Notes: generated by a model from the letters alone, not told the origin. Numbered from the whole stretch's first letter, positions 37,150 to 49,790 are shown. The stretch: 56,335 nucleotides of DNA, filler included, from Sphacelaria rigidula (GCA_964200075.2; 7 parts of 7 records of this genome joined end to end with filler, not necessarily neighbours in it); one strand, 5' to 3'. Program-made: numbers and translations.

Positions 37150-38560
37150 TCTACACGTGAATCGAAATGTAGGAAGCCGACCATAACTAGCGGCCGGGAC
37201 TTCCGGTCGGGGCACGGGCTCGGTGTTGCCAAGTGAGTCTCTATGAGGCGCTTCATGCAGGCTGAGACCAAACATCAGGCGCTGTATCGCGTAAGTACCT
37301 CAGAATCTCGAACATGCTTCTGTCCAGGAGCTGAGCGCCTCCGGCTCCAACATCGCCCGAATGACGAATCGCCCCCTTTCGACAGCATAAAAAGTGCAAA
37401 GTAAGATACGCCGCGCGCACCGAGTAGATGGCAAGTGCTGAGAATATCATGAGGATCTGCTGATAAAATTGCTCTCACGCCCTTCTTGAGTGCTTCGCAA
37501 GGCGAATATTTTTTTCCCTAACTTGGGTACTACAATGGCTGATAAACACACAGACCTCTCATTACCATCGGTATCTGTCACCATCGTGTATACAACTCCT
37601 TTACCTGTTTCTATTAGCAGGTGTCCTCCTGCTGTTCGTATCCTTATTGGGGGATTGAAATCGACATAATCTGACATTTCCCGCTCAACACCAGGTAGAA
37701 AATCACTGTCCACGCAGGGGGTGGCTGCCCCTGAGTCGATTATTCCTGAAAACGAGGTTGACATGGTTACTCTTCTACTGCGCTCGTTTATAGGCTATGT
37801 GAGAAAGGTAAACTCCATATCACTTGTAGGATGATTATCTACCATTGGTGCCGGCGATGCACTTGCCTGTATAGCTTGTGCATTTGTAGGCTTTAGATAT
37901 GTACTTGCGTCCAGGGTAACTGTGTTTACTTGCTGATGTGCATGTTCCAGATTGCTACTACGCGCAACATTACCGTTGTGCCCGATTTTGCCATTATTAC
38001 TCCCTGTGCCTTGATTCCTATTTTGACTTCTAGACTCCATGTTATCATGGTTGGCTGTTCTGTGTAATGCACATCAGTTTGTCAGTCTACCACTATCATT
38101 AGACTGCTGTCTAGATTTGCATTCACGCATAAAATGCCTTATCTTACCACACGTGAAACACCTCACTTGGTGTACTGTTTTCTCCCCAGAATCTACAGGG
38201 GATGTTGCATCATAGCACTATCTCTACCTACAGAGTTTCCCACAGATTTACCACGAGCTAAACAATTGACAAACGGATCGAGCATAGTGGATTCGATTTC
38301 CGACAGGCTAAAATCAGGATCTCGTTTAGCGTCATATTTAATTTGACTGCAATCATTGTTTAGTCCTTCTCTTACTATATCTCTTAACCGTTCATCAGTG
38401 ACGCTCTCACCCGTATTCATCAACTCGTCTTCGATTTGATATGTATTCGAGACGAACACATCCGAATCGTCACCCTGCGACATAGTTAAATCGTCTGTCT
38501 TATCCGAACTCGACGTCTTTGTTTGGACGAAATATGATATTTTACTATCAACCTGTTCCA
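37150..38560 (-). mobile_element. Ty1/Copia LTR retrotransposon remnant (gag, zinc knuckle, protease, probable RT/RNase H scraps)
   Basis: Gag-like segment (ELMNTGESVTDERLRDIVREGL), CCHC knuckle CFTCGKIRHFMREC at 38119-38160, protease IIDSGA...IVVPKLGK at 37447-37764, frameshifted PGQKH / ILRYLRDT near 37290-37330. Many stops. Confidence 0.85.
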
Positions 38561-39070
38561 AGCTTTCATACCGTCGGTATTTGGTAATATACGGGCACAT
38601 GTGTGAGCCAAGGCGTGTGGGTTCTATTTCCAGTAGAATAGGTGCCAGTAGTTACAGAAGAGCACCCCTCAAAAGCTGCACTCCTGCAACTATTGATCAG
38701 TTCGCGGAAATGTTTTTTTGCGAGGTTCAAGCCCCGCACTACCACAGAATCCAGTGTAACTGATCCGGGGTGTCGACGCGCGATCACGCTAACTAGCCGA
38801 TCATTCTCCAGTCTAACTGAGATCCTGGGAAAACGACATCGACCACACTTGTCTGCTGTTTCTGTCGTTGGAAAGGGCGTTATAGATTTGTTCCCTTTCC
38901 TAACGGATGGAGTTTTCCCCTGCTCATCAGGGTTTACCTACTCATTAGATCTGCAACGAGTTTTCCCCCTTACTGTAATTCAGCAGGTTTTTCTCGTTTC
39001 ACTTTTGGGCGTATGATGCACAGGCTTTACGTTTGTTCTGGCCCTTCCAATCTTTCACAAAATTTTTGTT

Positions 39071-39140
39071 TAGCCATACAAATATGGCTAGGGGGGTGTT
39101 ACAGATTTATTGCTCATTTTCCAGTCGACTAGATTCCATG
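39071..39140 (+). mobile_element. Possible polypurine tract plus LTR start of a second LTR element
   Basis: TAGCCATA-CAAA-TATGGCTA hairpin, then a G run directly followed by TGTTACA. No second LTR found. Confidence 0.35.
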
Positions 39141-39552
39141 TGTCATGCTTTTTCATGCTTGGTACATGATGGGTCATACTACATTGTGTGATTGGATTGA
39201 GCTGGCTGCCCCCCATGTGTTACAGTGTTTTGGACTATGCATCTCAACTAGCAAAGCACAAGTTAGCCTCTACGCCAATAATACAAGAGCATCTACGCCA
39301 TCACGGACTGCGGTATCAGAGGAATCTCTGGTCTTTTCAAAATGTAAGCCTGTCCTTCATCCAAGATTTGCTGTTCTGGCGTCCGAGCGGCTCATCGGGT
39401 ATGCAGCCCGACGCTGCGAACATGACTGGCTCTGCACTCGGCAACGTCGAGCTCAATGGATTCGATATTCATTATTTGTTTGAGCTCGCTAGCCCAGATG
39501 CCCACTGAACTGGCACCATTCCCAGCTAGGCGGTGAGTATCGAACCATGGCA

Positions 39553-40212
39553 TATCTTTGTTACAGACGAGTACCGCGCATTTGTCGACGATCGCTGTCA
39601 CTCTCTATTTCCTAGTGTATTCTAGCGCCTTGTCTATCTGTGTCTGTAGCCCTTCTGGTGTTCCTGAAATCCCCACAAAACCATCCGTGAACATCAATCC
39701 TGATACAATATCTTCACCCACCTGAAACCCTTGCTCTGCTGCTTCTATTACTATTATCAAATCATTCATAAATACCGTGATAGCGAACACCCTTGTGCAA
39801 CTCCTTGTAAAATACCGAAGTATTGCGATATTTCCCCGTCTAGCATCATGGCAATTTTGGCACATTCTGTCATCTTCTTTACCATTTCCCACATCTTTCC
39901 TCTGATCCCAGCTTCCCACAATTTCTTCCACAACCCATTTCTCCATACTGTGTCATAAGCCTTTTGCACGTCTAGGAAAAAACAGTACGTTGTCCGCCCG
40001 TTGTCTTTCCTACCCTAAATAATCTTACTTAGTGTGTACACATGGTCTACGCAATTACGGTTTGGCCTCAATCCTGCTTGTGCATCGCTGATTTTGTATT
40101 CCTTTTCTAGCATCGTTCCTACTCTATCGTTCAGAATCTTACAGAATGTTTTCCCTACCGTGCCCAGTAGCGTTATTCCTCCATAGTTCCCTGTTGAAAA
40201 GATTGACGACTA
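39553..40212 (-). mobile_element. Non-LTR retrotransposon (LINE) reverse transcriptase remnant
   Basis: NYGGITLLGTVGKTFCKILNDR...QAGLRPNRNCVDH...FFLDVQKAYDTVWRNGLW...GVAQGCSLS...GLMFTDG (degenerate FADD), with stops and a frameshift. Confidence 0.92.
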
Positions 40213-40312
40213 NNNNNNNNNNNNNNNNNNNNNNNNNNNNNNNNNNNNNNNNNNNNTTAATTAATTAANNNNNNNNNNNNNNNNNNNNNNNNNNNNNNNN
40301 NNNNNNNNNNNN
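40213..40312. other. Artificial contig linker
   Basis: N44-TTAATTAATTAA-N44. Confidence 0.98.
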
Positions 40313-40557
40313 GGAGAGCGACTATGTCGTGGGTACACAAAATTTGACTCAACGGTCGACGAGGGAAGGGACTGCTGAACCCCTGTTGCGATAAAAAATA
40401 AAGGCAAGCACCGGAGAAGGGATGGGGAGTACTCAAAACAAACGAAGAAGAAAAAACTCCTGTGTTGACCTTCCTTCTGTGTGACCCCGGCTGACGCGCC
40501 CACATATACCGAAAGGTGTAGACCGGCGTCCAGAATAGATGGGACGACAACACACAC
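40313..40557 (+). mobile_element. SINE family A, 5' part cut by the contig start
   Basis: Body and 3' end (...GGCGTCCAGAATAGATGGGACGACAACACACAC) match the other copies. Confidence 0.85.
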
Positions 40558-41289
40558 CTCTGATTTTGTGCGTGTCGTCATTATTCACGGGGTGTCCCAC
40601 ACGTGTGATCAGTCACCAGATGACGGACATGGTAATGCAGGCATTTTCATATACTTCATGTCCCGCACAAAGTAATCGCCATTCCCATTTCACCTATCTG
40701 CCGCAACATCTGCTTGCTCTGCTTTTTTGTGCGCCTATAGGGTCAGGAAGCGCGCGAACAGAGGCGAAGATATTGAGCAGTGGGCACCGTTGGAATGCCT
40801 CTGTGACGGGGGCAGTTTTGTAGCTGGCATAGATGAAACGGGGATGATTGTTGCGCGGGATGTCATCAGTGGGGAATCTTGTGTACTTATTGCTGCAGAT
40901 CCTGCCGACAACATTTGCTTCTCTGCTATCGGCTGTGATCGCAATGTCGACACCTTAGCGGTGGCGGTCAGAGATTTAGATCGGGAGGCCTCCACGGCCG
41001 TCGCGTTATACGTACTGGGAGATGGTGCCGGCCACAGGGAACCAGCGAAGCAGAATCGCGAAGCGGTAAATAAGTAATGGCTCGAAAAACTGCGAACACG
41101 TCCTTCTACTGTCGTACACGAAAATGTGTACGCATGAAGCACATGAATCGTGGACAGCGCTTGTTATTTCACGTCGCTATCTCGACGAAAGAGTTGGAAG
41201 CGATGCTGACCGTCTGCACCCCAAAACTAAACCCGCCAAAGGAGCTCAAAAGCAACGGAAAGCATCGGTCTCCTCAAACGAAACAACAA

Positions 41290-42657
41290 CTACGTGAACA
41301 CCGTTTCGACAGGAGTCTCATTGCTGCCCCGTCTTGCATGCCTTGCATCGCTGTTCCGCGAGGCGGCGAGTTCGCGTATCGCCTCCACAGCCTTCCGCAA
41401 TCTATCTTTCGCTTCCCCCTCTCGTCTCTCAGTCGCCTCGAAGCCCATGTCTGCGACCTCCTTCCCGAGCGGAAACATGCCTCCATACCCACCCGCCAAT
41501 CCGTCATCACCGTCCTCCAACGGTCCCTCTGCTCGGTACTCCGGCCGGGGTCCGTCGTACCAGTCACGCTGCAACGGGTTGATGGGATATGACCCGCTGT
41601 CACGGGGCAATGGTTCGATCGGATCTCGCCGCTCACGATCCGGGTCGTACTCTACGTGAACAGCAGGGTCGATCCCAAATGGCGGTGTGAGCTTGCGGTA
41701 GTTGAGGTCCGGCACGAAGACGTTTAGCAACGACCTCAATACCGCTTTGGCTCGTTTCTTGCGGTTCCCGTAGCAAGCGCGATGCAGCAACTGGGCAGCC
41801 GTACGCCGTGACGGATAGGACGTGCATGAGCGTCGCCACAGCAAGCAAAGCGTTGAGAATACCGGCGCTGGGAGTGTGCCGAGCCATCGGAGCGATTTGA
41901 TGCATTTGAGGGTGTTGCTATGCGCCAACTTGTCAGCTTCTGCTTCCTTTACGAGCTGAGGTGGCCCGTACGGCAAGCTGGGATCCGCCACGCCATCACC
42001 ATCGGGAACTTCCATCTGCTCAGCCCCACCCGCGAGGATTCGCTCTGGTGGATACCCAGCGCCAAGAGGGTAGATCAAATTGTCGAGGTTCGTGGGAGCG
42101 GCTGCCACGGCCAACAGGCGAGCGGCCCGGCACCAGCCGCGGGCAAACTCGCGTTCGGCGGGCGGTAGCAAGTCGAACGATGAGCCGTACAGCGCCTCGA
42201 CCGCATCGAGAGACTGCAAGTGGGCTGCCCACTGTGCGCGGCGCAGTCCTTCTTTCAGGGTGTCATGCACCGGTAGATCCACGAGCAGCCGTTGGGAGAT
42301 GGTTACGTCATTGTATTCCCAAACCCGGCGCCAGGCTCGCACGACCCTTGCCATCTCTGGCCGCTGAAGTTCCCCCTCTGCGTCCAGAATAGAAACGACT
42401 TCCGGCCAACCGTAGCTCTGTGTCGCCGCCGCGAGGGGGGCGATCGTAAGGACAAAGCTCACGTGACCCCACCAGGAATCTCGATCAATTTTAATGGAGC
42501 CCGGCGTCGAGGAAAGGCGCCCCGAGCGCCTCATCCAGTCCAGCTGATCGACGTATCCCCACAAGAAGTGGCCGGTCTGGTATGTGATCATGTGATTACG
42601 AAAGGCAGCGCGGCGATAAGAGCGACGGTTGCAGTATGAATATGGGCATGGGGACTT
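41290..42657 (-). CDS. Large terminal exon of an uncharacterised protein, starting with a C2H2-like motif
   Basis: Uninterrupted GC-rich frame of about 455 codons with globular-looking composition. Candidate acceptor TTGTTTGCAAG|. Motif CPYSYC-x12-HMITYQTGH. Confidence 0.7.
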   Translation of the reverse strand, partial: KSPCPYSYCNRRSYRRAAFRNHMITYQTGHFLWGYVDQLDWMRRSGRLSSTPGSIKIDRDSWWGHVSFVLTIAPLAAATQSYGWPEVVSILDAEGELQRPEMARVVRAWRRVWEYNDVTISQRLLVDLPVHDTLKEGLRRAQWAAHLQSLDAVEALYGSSFDLLPPAEREFARGWCRAARLLAVAAAPTNLDNLIYPLGAGYPPERILAGGAEQMEVPDGDGVADPSLPYGPPQLVKEAEADKLAHSNTLKCIKSLRWLGTLPAPVFSTLCLLWRRSCTSYPSRRTAAQLLHRACYGNRKKRAKAVLRSLLNVFVPDLNYRKLTPPFGIDPAVHVEYDPDRERRDPIEPLPRDSGSYPINPLQRDWYDGPRPEYRAEGPLEDGDDGLAGGYGGMFPLGKEVADMGFEATERREGEAKDRLRKAVEAIRELAASRNSDARHARRGSNETPVETVFT

Positions 42658-43046
42658 CTTGCAAACAAGAAACGGCAATGCTTGAGCGCGGTTTCTCGCG
42701 TTGTCACACGTAGCGTGTGTGTATCATGTACACTTCTTGGCAGACGCCGCTTTAGCCGACACCCGTACATTCTTATAAGGAAGACTCGGGGAAAGAGGGG
42801 GGTAGCCATGGTTTTGGGTGACCGTGTCAATAGAGCGTGGTGCAACAGTCCCGAGGATCATGAATGGATATGAAGTAATAGCTGTAATAGAGCAGCGCCA
42901 TGAGAACGTGGCCAGCGAGAGTATGCACCGTCGAGGCATGGGAGGTGCGAGGCGGGCTGGCCGACAATGTCTTAACGGGCACACAACGATGGAAGTGTCC
43001 ACACCGCATAGCAGGAGCGAATGATTGATTTTTTTTCGCTATTTCA

Positions 43047-43178
43047 ACCCCTCCCCTTCCTCGGGATGAGTCCGTAGTCCTGCGGAATCAACCCATCTCT
43101 CCCCCGGTATACACATCTGATTTTGTTATCGCGGATTGGACCATGATCATCAGCACTCCTGCACCGCGTCGACTCTGA
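43047..43178. repeat. Dispersed repeat family B copy
   Basis: Aligns with 15906-16026. Confidence 0.75.
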
Positions 43179-44837
43179 TCAAACAAACTCAGCCGAAACT
43201 CTTTTTGCTACTGACGATCCACGACGGGAATCGGATACTTCGAAGCGAAGCACCGGGTTGAGAAAGCATGTGGCGGGAACCGAACCCATATCTTCTCTGA
43301 TTTAATGGTTGCACCCTTAGACCACCAGCGCGCTTGTATTCCGCGGTGTAACGTCTCGTCAATTTTCGACGGAGCCGCAGCGAGTTGACGGTACTGCGAC
43401 TCAGAGGGTAGTATCACAATCGGAACAGCTGCCAGTATTCGGCGTGGTGTTGGCAGGTGAAGAACAAACTCTCTCCGCGAAGGAGTAAGCGAAGCTGTAG
43501 GCACCGAATCTCATCGCATCCCCACCAGTCGCGAATATGAGCGAAACCATTTCGAAACATTTATCAAATATCTGATACAAGAAGGATGCTCGGAGACTGT
43601 CACCTATAGGAGCCGCAGAGCTCGGGGGAGCGCAAGGTTGTTGACCAGCTACAGACAGTGGAAAGAATCGAGGCAAATGAAATGCAAGAAGTAATTGCTC
43701 GCCTATTCGAAAGAAACACCTCTCGAAACCCATTACATGCACGTGAGAACGGAAAGTTTGAGATGCAACTCCTGGCTACTGAGGGTATGTAGTGCGCCCC
43801 AACTTGTACCAAAACATTCCTGGGCACGCTGGGAACGGCCTGGGCTTTCGGGAGCTTGCTTCTAGAAACTGTCGAGAAAAATCTTCACATTTCATTCTGA
43901 GGGTATTATGCCCTCGGCTAGAAACTGGTCCGCGGGAACGAAGCTCAGACGAGGTCGTTCTCAGGGGAAGGTTCACCCAGACACGAAGGACCAAGTTGCT
44001 ATCCAAAACTCGCAGCGGTTACTGAGGAATACCAACACAAAAATGGGCAAATTTGCTCAGGGCACATAAAGGATTATCATGGGTATAGAATTGGCGTGCA
44101 GGGTGCTGCTTCGCAGTCAGACCGAAAAACTAGCGGTCGTTTGTTGGTGTAAAAAAAGGGCTCAATATATAAACATGACTTTCCTGTAAGCTCTTGGGTG
44201 ACCAATCGCACAGTCAACAGAGCGCACGCGTCAGCAGTTGATGAAACCACATCACAACGGCGTCCCCTCGAATTTCAACCATTACTGTGAACCACAGCAC
44301 TTGTTTTTGAGCCCTCGGTTGCGTGCTTGTGAGTTAGGCAGCGCACGCTGCTTGCCGTGATAACGGTACCCTGCAGCAAAATAGGCTACAACAGTTGATG
44401 AAGCCGGTTCAGTGTGCGTTAGAGTACATGGAGAACCGTACCAACATGTACCCAGTCCGTTGTATGCCGTTCTGGCCAAAATATATATGATTCAACTGAC
44501 ATACGGTGTGCTAGTGCATCTGACTCATATTAAAGATCAGACTGGTCGGAGATTTCGGACGGGTCGCAACGCAAAATGGGGGCACCATACTTCTCGGACC
44601 ACAACGCTAGCCCTTTGAGGGTGCTTCCAGTCGCTGACCGCCGACATCCCCGCGTCACCCGTGTGCCATTACTGCCCGCATGGATGTGTGGAGAGAGACT
44701 GAGTTGCTGATGGAAGGGCAACGAAGTAAAATGTTGCACTAGAGACAGTGCCACCTCCGTTGTAGATAGTCTAATGTAGACAAAAAAAAATGCAACGGAT
44801 ACCCTCAGACCCGTGGTCAATATGGTACCAATGTGAT

Positions 44838-44970
44838 AATTGATTGATGATTGATTGATTGTCGCATTTCAACTGACCCCCCAGGGGTCTAGCCGTGGTC
44901 TCATGATCGACGTACCCAAGAAAAACGAAACTGAAACACGCCCTGTATAAAAGAAGGAACATGAAAAAAA
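44838..44970. repeat. Dispersed repeat family D copy
   Basis: (GATT)n followed by CAACTGACCCCC...GACGTACCCAAGAAAAACGAAA. Confidence 0.6.
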
Positions 44971-46290
44971 CGATGATGTTCTGCAGATAGGGCGTTTGGG
45001 GGTGTGTGATCTATATTCCAGTGGCGGGGCGGACATCTATGCTGTACAAAGCGCTGAGCATAGTATGGCCGAGGCTGGATATCAGGCTGACCTTGCGTGT
45101 GGTTTTCATGGTCTGAGAATATGTTGAAGGCAGAGATATCGTAGATGTCATCAGGAGGACCCCTAGGTACAGCACAAACAGAAGCAGACGTCTTGGGGAG
45201 AAAGTTCACGACTCTCAGCGCACAAGCAACATTAAACAATTGGAATGTCATGGCAAACAATGGCAAACGAAGTAAATAGCAGACTAGTTTGAGACCTGAG
45301 CTACATCAGACAACTGGTGTGATTGAATGATCATATTTTTGCGGGGTCAAAAAACGGCTTTGAACAACGGGTGCCTGGCAGGCCAAGCTGGAGATTTTTC
45401 GCAGTTCTCGCTAGTCTTCACTGCACTGTACTTTACGAAGAAGCATATCTTGAATTTACCGTACAGTCAGTGCAGTCAGTACAGAGAACCCTCTACACAG
45501 AACACTACAAAACCAACCAGAAGACAACGCTCTGTACGGCCAGTACACTACGGCACTGCACTGTATAATTGTACTTGCACAGAGTACCGCCAAATCGGTG
45601 ATGACTTTCACCTACTGCGTGTACGGAGTGTGTGAGCTGCAGTGGGGGCACTGGAATCCGGCTGAGCACGGTCGGCCGAGTACGACGGTTGTAAAATTTT
45701 GCGACGAGGGTGACACTGCCGCCTGATGTCTGCTGGATGAATAGACATCTGACTTTATCCTGACCGTGGCGTACCGCTCACGGTCCTGCTCACTACGATA
45801 CTAATCAGTACACTGCACTCTATGTTTTGTGACAGTCGGCGTGCTGTACTCGTACTGTATTGCACTGACGGTATAACGAAACCTCAGAAGGGCCAAGAGT
45901 GTACAGTCTAAATATCAGGTTCCATCATACTGAACGCAAAAGCCACCTGAAGAAGTTGGCTTCGATTTCCCTTCGGCCAACCTGTGAGGGTAGGGTACAG
46001 GAGTGACAACGATGGACTGCTAGTGGGATTTTTCTTCATCTCGCATCTGAAAGCGTCGGCACCGAGAACAATACATGTCCTTTGGGGGGAAATGCGTGAC
46101 ACCTGTCTTTTTCCTTCTGACAATTAAGAACTAATTTTGTTCTGTGCAACAGCAACGGAGGGCGTGCATAGTGCGGTCTCTAGTAGCAGTTTCGCGTTTC
46201 TCCGCTGTGGTGTGCGTCGTGGGTCTTCGACGACCGAGGGAAATGAAATCGGAAGACGACCATGGAAGATGAACACGAAGAAACTCGCAC

Positions 46291-46341
46291 TTCTCATCTT
46301 GCGCTCGTACTGGCAATACACGTCCGCACTGCACATCAGGC
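46291..46341 (-). CDS. Possible 51-nt exon of the uncharacterised minus-strand gene
   Basis: TAAAG|GC CTG ATG TGC... (GLMCSADVYCQYERKMR) A|GTGCGA, phase-compatible with the donor at 46526. Confidence 0.4.
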
Positions 46342-46526
46342 CTTTATCGAGCAGTGGAAGTACAGAGTTCGGTAGCGCATGGGGGTGGCTACGGTTTTTC
46401 AATGTAGGTGTCATGTCTCCATCAATAATAGTTATTCCGAACACCCAGCTGAACAAGAAAAGAAAAGAAAGCCCATTCGTCATGGGGCATCGGAAGGGGT
46501 AATCCTATATCTCACCAGCCGCGTAC

Positions 46527-47248
46527 CAGCCTTGCCGTGAATGGCGTTGTCGGTACAGTTCATCATGTACTTGAGAGCAGCCATGCGGTCCACGGCATTT
46601 AGAGAGTAAACCCGTCTTGTCGCCGCTACATCCGGGAGGGAATCCCAGTACACCGCCATGGGCGTACGCTGGAAAGCAATATCCTCGGGTAACCACTCCG
46701 GGATGGCGCCGGCCTTGTACGTGGTCAAGCTGACCCTTTTTTCAGGGATCTCGGGGTCCAAGATCTCTTCCACATCACCGAACAGGTCTCCCAAACCCCA
46801 TACGGCAGGCTTTCCGTGGAAGGTTGAAGGTGGCTTGTCTGGCCAACCGTCCTCGCGGGCTGTCATAACTGCCTGTTTCAAATCCCTCCCGTTCTCGCTC
46901 CACCACGCCTCATTCTCATCCGCCATCGGGGCACATAGTTCTATCATTACATCCTTCGCAATCGCCATGTCCTGTGGCCGCTTCCGCCTTTTGTGATCGT
47001 TCGCCCGCGGATCGTTTGGTGGGTTTCGCCGCAGTTGCTCGTAGATCTCTTCCATCGAGCGCGGCATGCGATCGTCGAACTTCAATCTCCGACTTCCCCT
47101 GTTCTTTTTTAACTTTGGAAGTTTTAACTCGTGATATGCCGCCACTTCGGGGATATCTGGTGGCCAGTCTTCTAGTGACTGCTCGCGCTCGTGCAACAAG
47201 AAGCTGCGATACCTGCCGTCCTTGCCGTAGCTGTCAGCGCAGCTGTGT
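46527..47248 (-). CDS. Internal exon of an uncharacterised protein
   Basis: About 240 open codons within ORF 46480..47454 (SFLLHEREQSLEDWPPD...MMNCTDNAIHGKA). Acceptor AACACAG|, donor G|GTACGC (alternative GTGAGA 11 nt further). Confidence 0.7.
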
Positions 47249-47847
47249 CTGTGTTGGCTGTATTTTGTGCGGTTGCATTCCGCCGATACGGTCGCTGTGG
47301 CTTTTCTGAGGCGACTTCGCGTATTAAAGCAGTTGCTTGCGGGAGTCGGCGATCGTAGAAAACCGCACGTTGGCATTGCACATGATATAACTAGATGAGA
47401 CCATCGCACCAATCGTGGACGCTTGCATCCTATCTTCACTGGCTGGTGTATCATGGTGGCAGAAGTTGGGTGTGTGTAGATCGTTCATCCCAACACTGTC
47501 AGTTTGTTGTCTACTGACAGTCCCGCGCTTCTGGAAAATGAACTTTGTATGCGTAGATGGACTCCCATCACCTTTGCAGATTCACACTCCCCTCCAACGG
47601 TACCCGCGCGGCGCAGTCGTCAAGAACAGAGTTGAACCCTTGCAATGGTGGGCCATTAACGCCGCAGGAGACAGAGAGGGTGGAACTAACACGGTAAAGA
47701 TGGTTATTGCAGCGAAGAGTGGTCGCCGAAACTGACGATGCGCCAATCGTTTCAACACTAGGTCGCCGCTTCTGTTGTCGTACGTACGTAAAGAACAAAG
47801 CCAGGGCTCAGCGTTCAATACTCATGTATGCACCGACAGTGATTGTA

Positions 47848-47970
47848 CCTCAATTGACGCCCCAGGGATCCAGCTTCGGTCATATGGTAGACGTACCCGA
47901 GAGAAAATCAAAAAGAAAACACCGGCGCTCAAGAATGTGAAAAAAACATGAAGGTAAAACAGTCAACAGA
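47848..47970. repeat. Dispersed repeat family D copy
   Basis: ...GGTCATATGGTAGACGTACCCGAGAGAAAA...AACAGTCAA matches 18410-18510. Confidence 0.55.
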
Positions 47971-48274
47971 ACACACGTAACAACGTTTTCGTGAGATTGA
48001 GAGTAGAACGCTGATTGAGAGTGGCTTTGATCATTCGCTTGCTCTCAGCCATTTTTTCATTCCGTGCGTGCTCTCCTTTACCTCCATCACTAGCGTGTGC
48101 TTATAGCTACACGTCGATATCCTACTCAGGGACATCAAGGACCTCAGTGGCAAGCTGCTGCAGAAAGCATATTGGGCCTCGTGGAGGGTTATTTCGGAAC
48201 AGAAACGATTCATTCACTAATTGACCGCTTTTCACTCTCAATCGTATCCTCTACTCTCAATCTCACGAAAACAT

Positions 48275-48374
48275 NNNNNNNNNNNNNNNNNNNNNNNNNN
48301 NNNNNNNNNNNNNNNNNNTTAATTAATTAANNNNNNNNNNNNNNNNNNNNNNNNNNNNNNNNNNNNNNNNNNNN
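48275..48374. other. Artificial contig linker
   Basis: N44-TTAATTAATTAA-N44. Confidence 0.98.
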
Positions 48375-48659
48375 CCATATGATAGTCTTTTGTCTTCAAT
48401 TTCGGTATGGGAATGCACTTCTTTTGAGTCGAACCTCATTTTTTTTTTCAACCCCATTTTCGAAAATCGGCTGTTATCATTAGTTTTGGCGAAATTTCAT
48501 TTCACTCTTACTCGTTATATCCTTCTTGTTCTGCCTCAAACATGTTCCGCGTTTTGATAACAAAATTTCGTGTCAAAGTATCAGCTCTCGTCTCAAAATA
48601 ATAAGCGGCGCGTCACCCAACAACCGAAAAAAGTTTTTTTTGCCTGGCTCAGCTTGTAC

Positions 48660-49209
48660 CTGTATGACCGAGGGTGGAAGCTGGATCCCTGCCAAATGGA
48701 GCCAATCTTGGTGCCATTGAAGCGGGTTGGCCAGTGTGTCCTCGTACCAGAATAGCATTGATTGGTCGGACAGTGCTTCACCCCACAGGATGTAGCGCAG
48801 TGCAATCCACATACACATTGTTCGCAGCATTCTCGAAACAAACTCCTCCAGGTCTTCGACTGCCCTCTGCTGGTGCACCGTCATATCGACCCCGTCATTT
48901 TCACTGTCTTCTACGCTAGCGGCTTCACGAGGAAGGAGACGCGTCTGTTCAAAAAAGAACAGGCTCACAGTTACGGCCAAGGGATCCCGCATAGCCACCA
49001 TCTGCTTCTTGCTATCCGTGACGGTGCAATTTGGTAACGCTTCCTCGACGCAGTGGTACAACTGAGCGCCGTTCCTTGGTATGTGTCCATCACGGAACTT
49101 GCAAGAGGGCTTCGTGCTGTGAACCGTACCGCCGCCGTGCCGTAGGGGGCAGGTGTCGTCATCTAATGGTAGCCTGTGCTTGCCCCCGCTGTTGATGTCG
49201 ACAATTACA
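48660..49209 (-). CDS. Sulfotransferase-fold protein, exon with the 3'-phosphate-binding motif
   Basis: TTTCAG|T GTA ATT... VIVDINSGGKHRLP...VAMRDPLAVTVS (RDP..S motif)...FWYEDTLANP, donor CAG|GTACAA. Phase 2 start matches the upstream exon. Confidence 0.85.
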
Positions 49210-49539
49210 CTGAAATTCGCCCCACGATTGCGGCCGACGGAAGTGGAGGTGGAGGAAATTTGACGAGAACGGTCACGCCGCGGGAATGGAAAGGAAGAGA
49301 ATCGGGAGGGGAGGGTGATCGTCTACGCGCTTTGTTTTTGAAATTCGGGAAATTACTACATGATCCTGCTTTTTCGATATTCAAATGAAGTGGCACAGGA
49401 GTACTTCACCTCGAGACAATTCAAGTGCGTATGAACTGGGCCAGCCTGGAAACGGATTTGAGCTCTCAAAGCAACATCTCATTGATGCATGCAGACGAGA
49501 TGGTTGGACCGTGATTAGCATGTTGTTCTAATCGTCTAG

Positions 49540-49790
49540 TCAAGGGTTCGTGCCCATCTGCTCTGGAGTCTGGGCCAATATCTCCTCGTTGATTAAACTT
49601 CATGGATGTCTGGTAATTCCCAAACCGGACGGAGGTAGCATCCGCACTAAATCTACATGAAAGTCCAAACGGTACTTTCATCAGATGACAATTTTTGGTG
49701 TGAATATTCCCTGGAGCACGGAGGGACGATAGATACCCTCACCTCCACCTATTTCGTCATTTATCTCGAGATATGACGCACTCAAGGTTT
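49540..49790 (+). repeat. Dispersed repeat family C, copy 2 (intronic)
   Basis: Shares GGGCCAATA...CTCGTT and ATTCCCTGGAGCACG...TTTATCTCGA with 55433-55670. Confidence 0.6.

Noticed and set aside
39071..39095. Hairpin plus CTAG as a Helitron 3' end
   Set aside because: CTAG lies within the stem rather than downstream of it; a PPT/LTR junction fits better.
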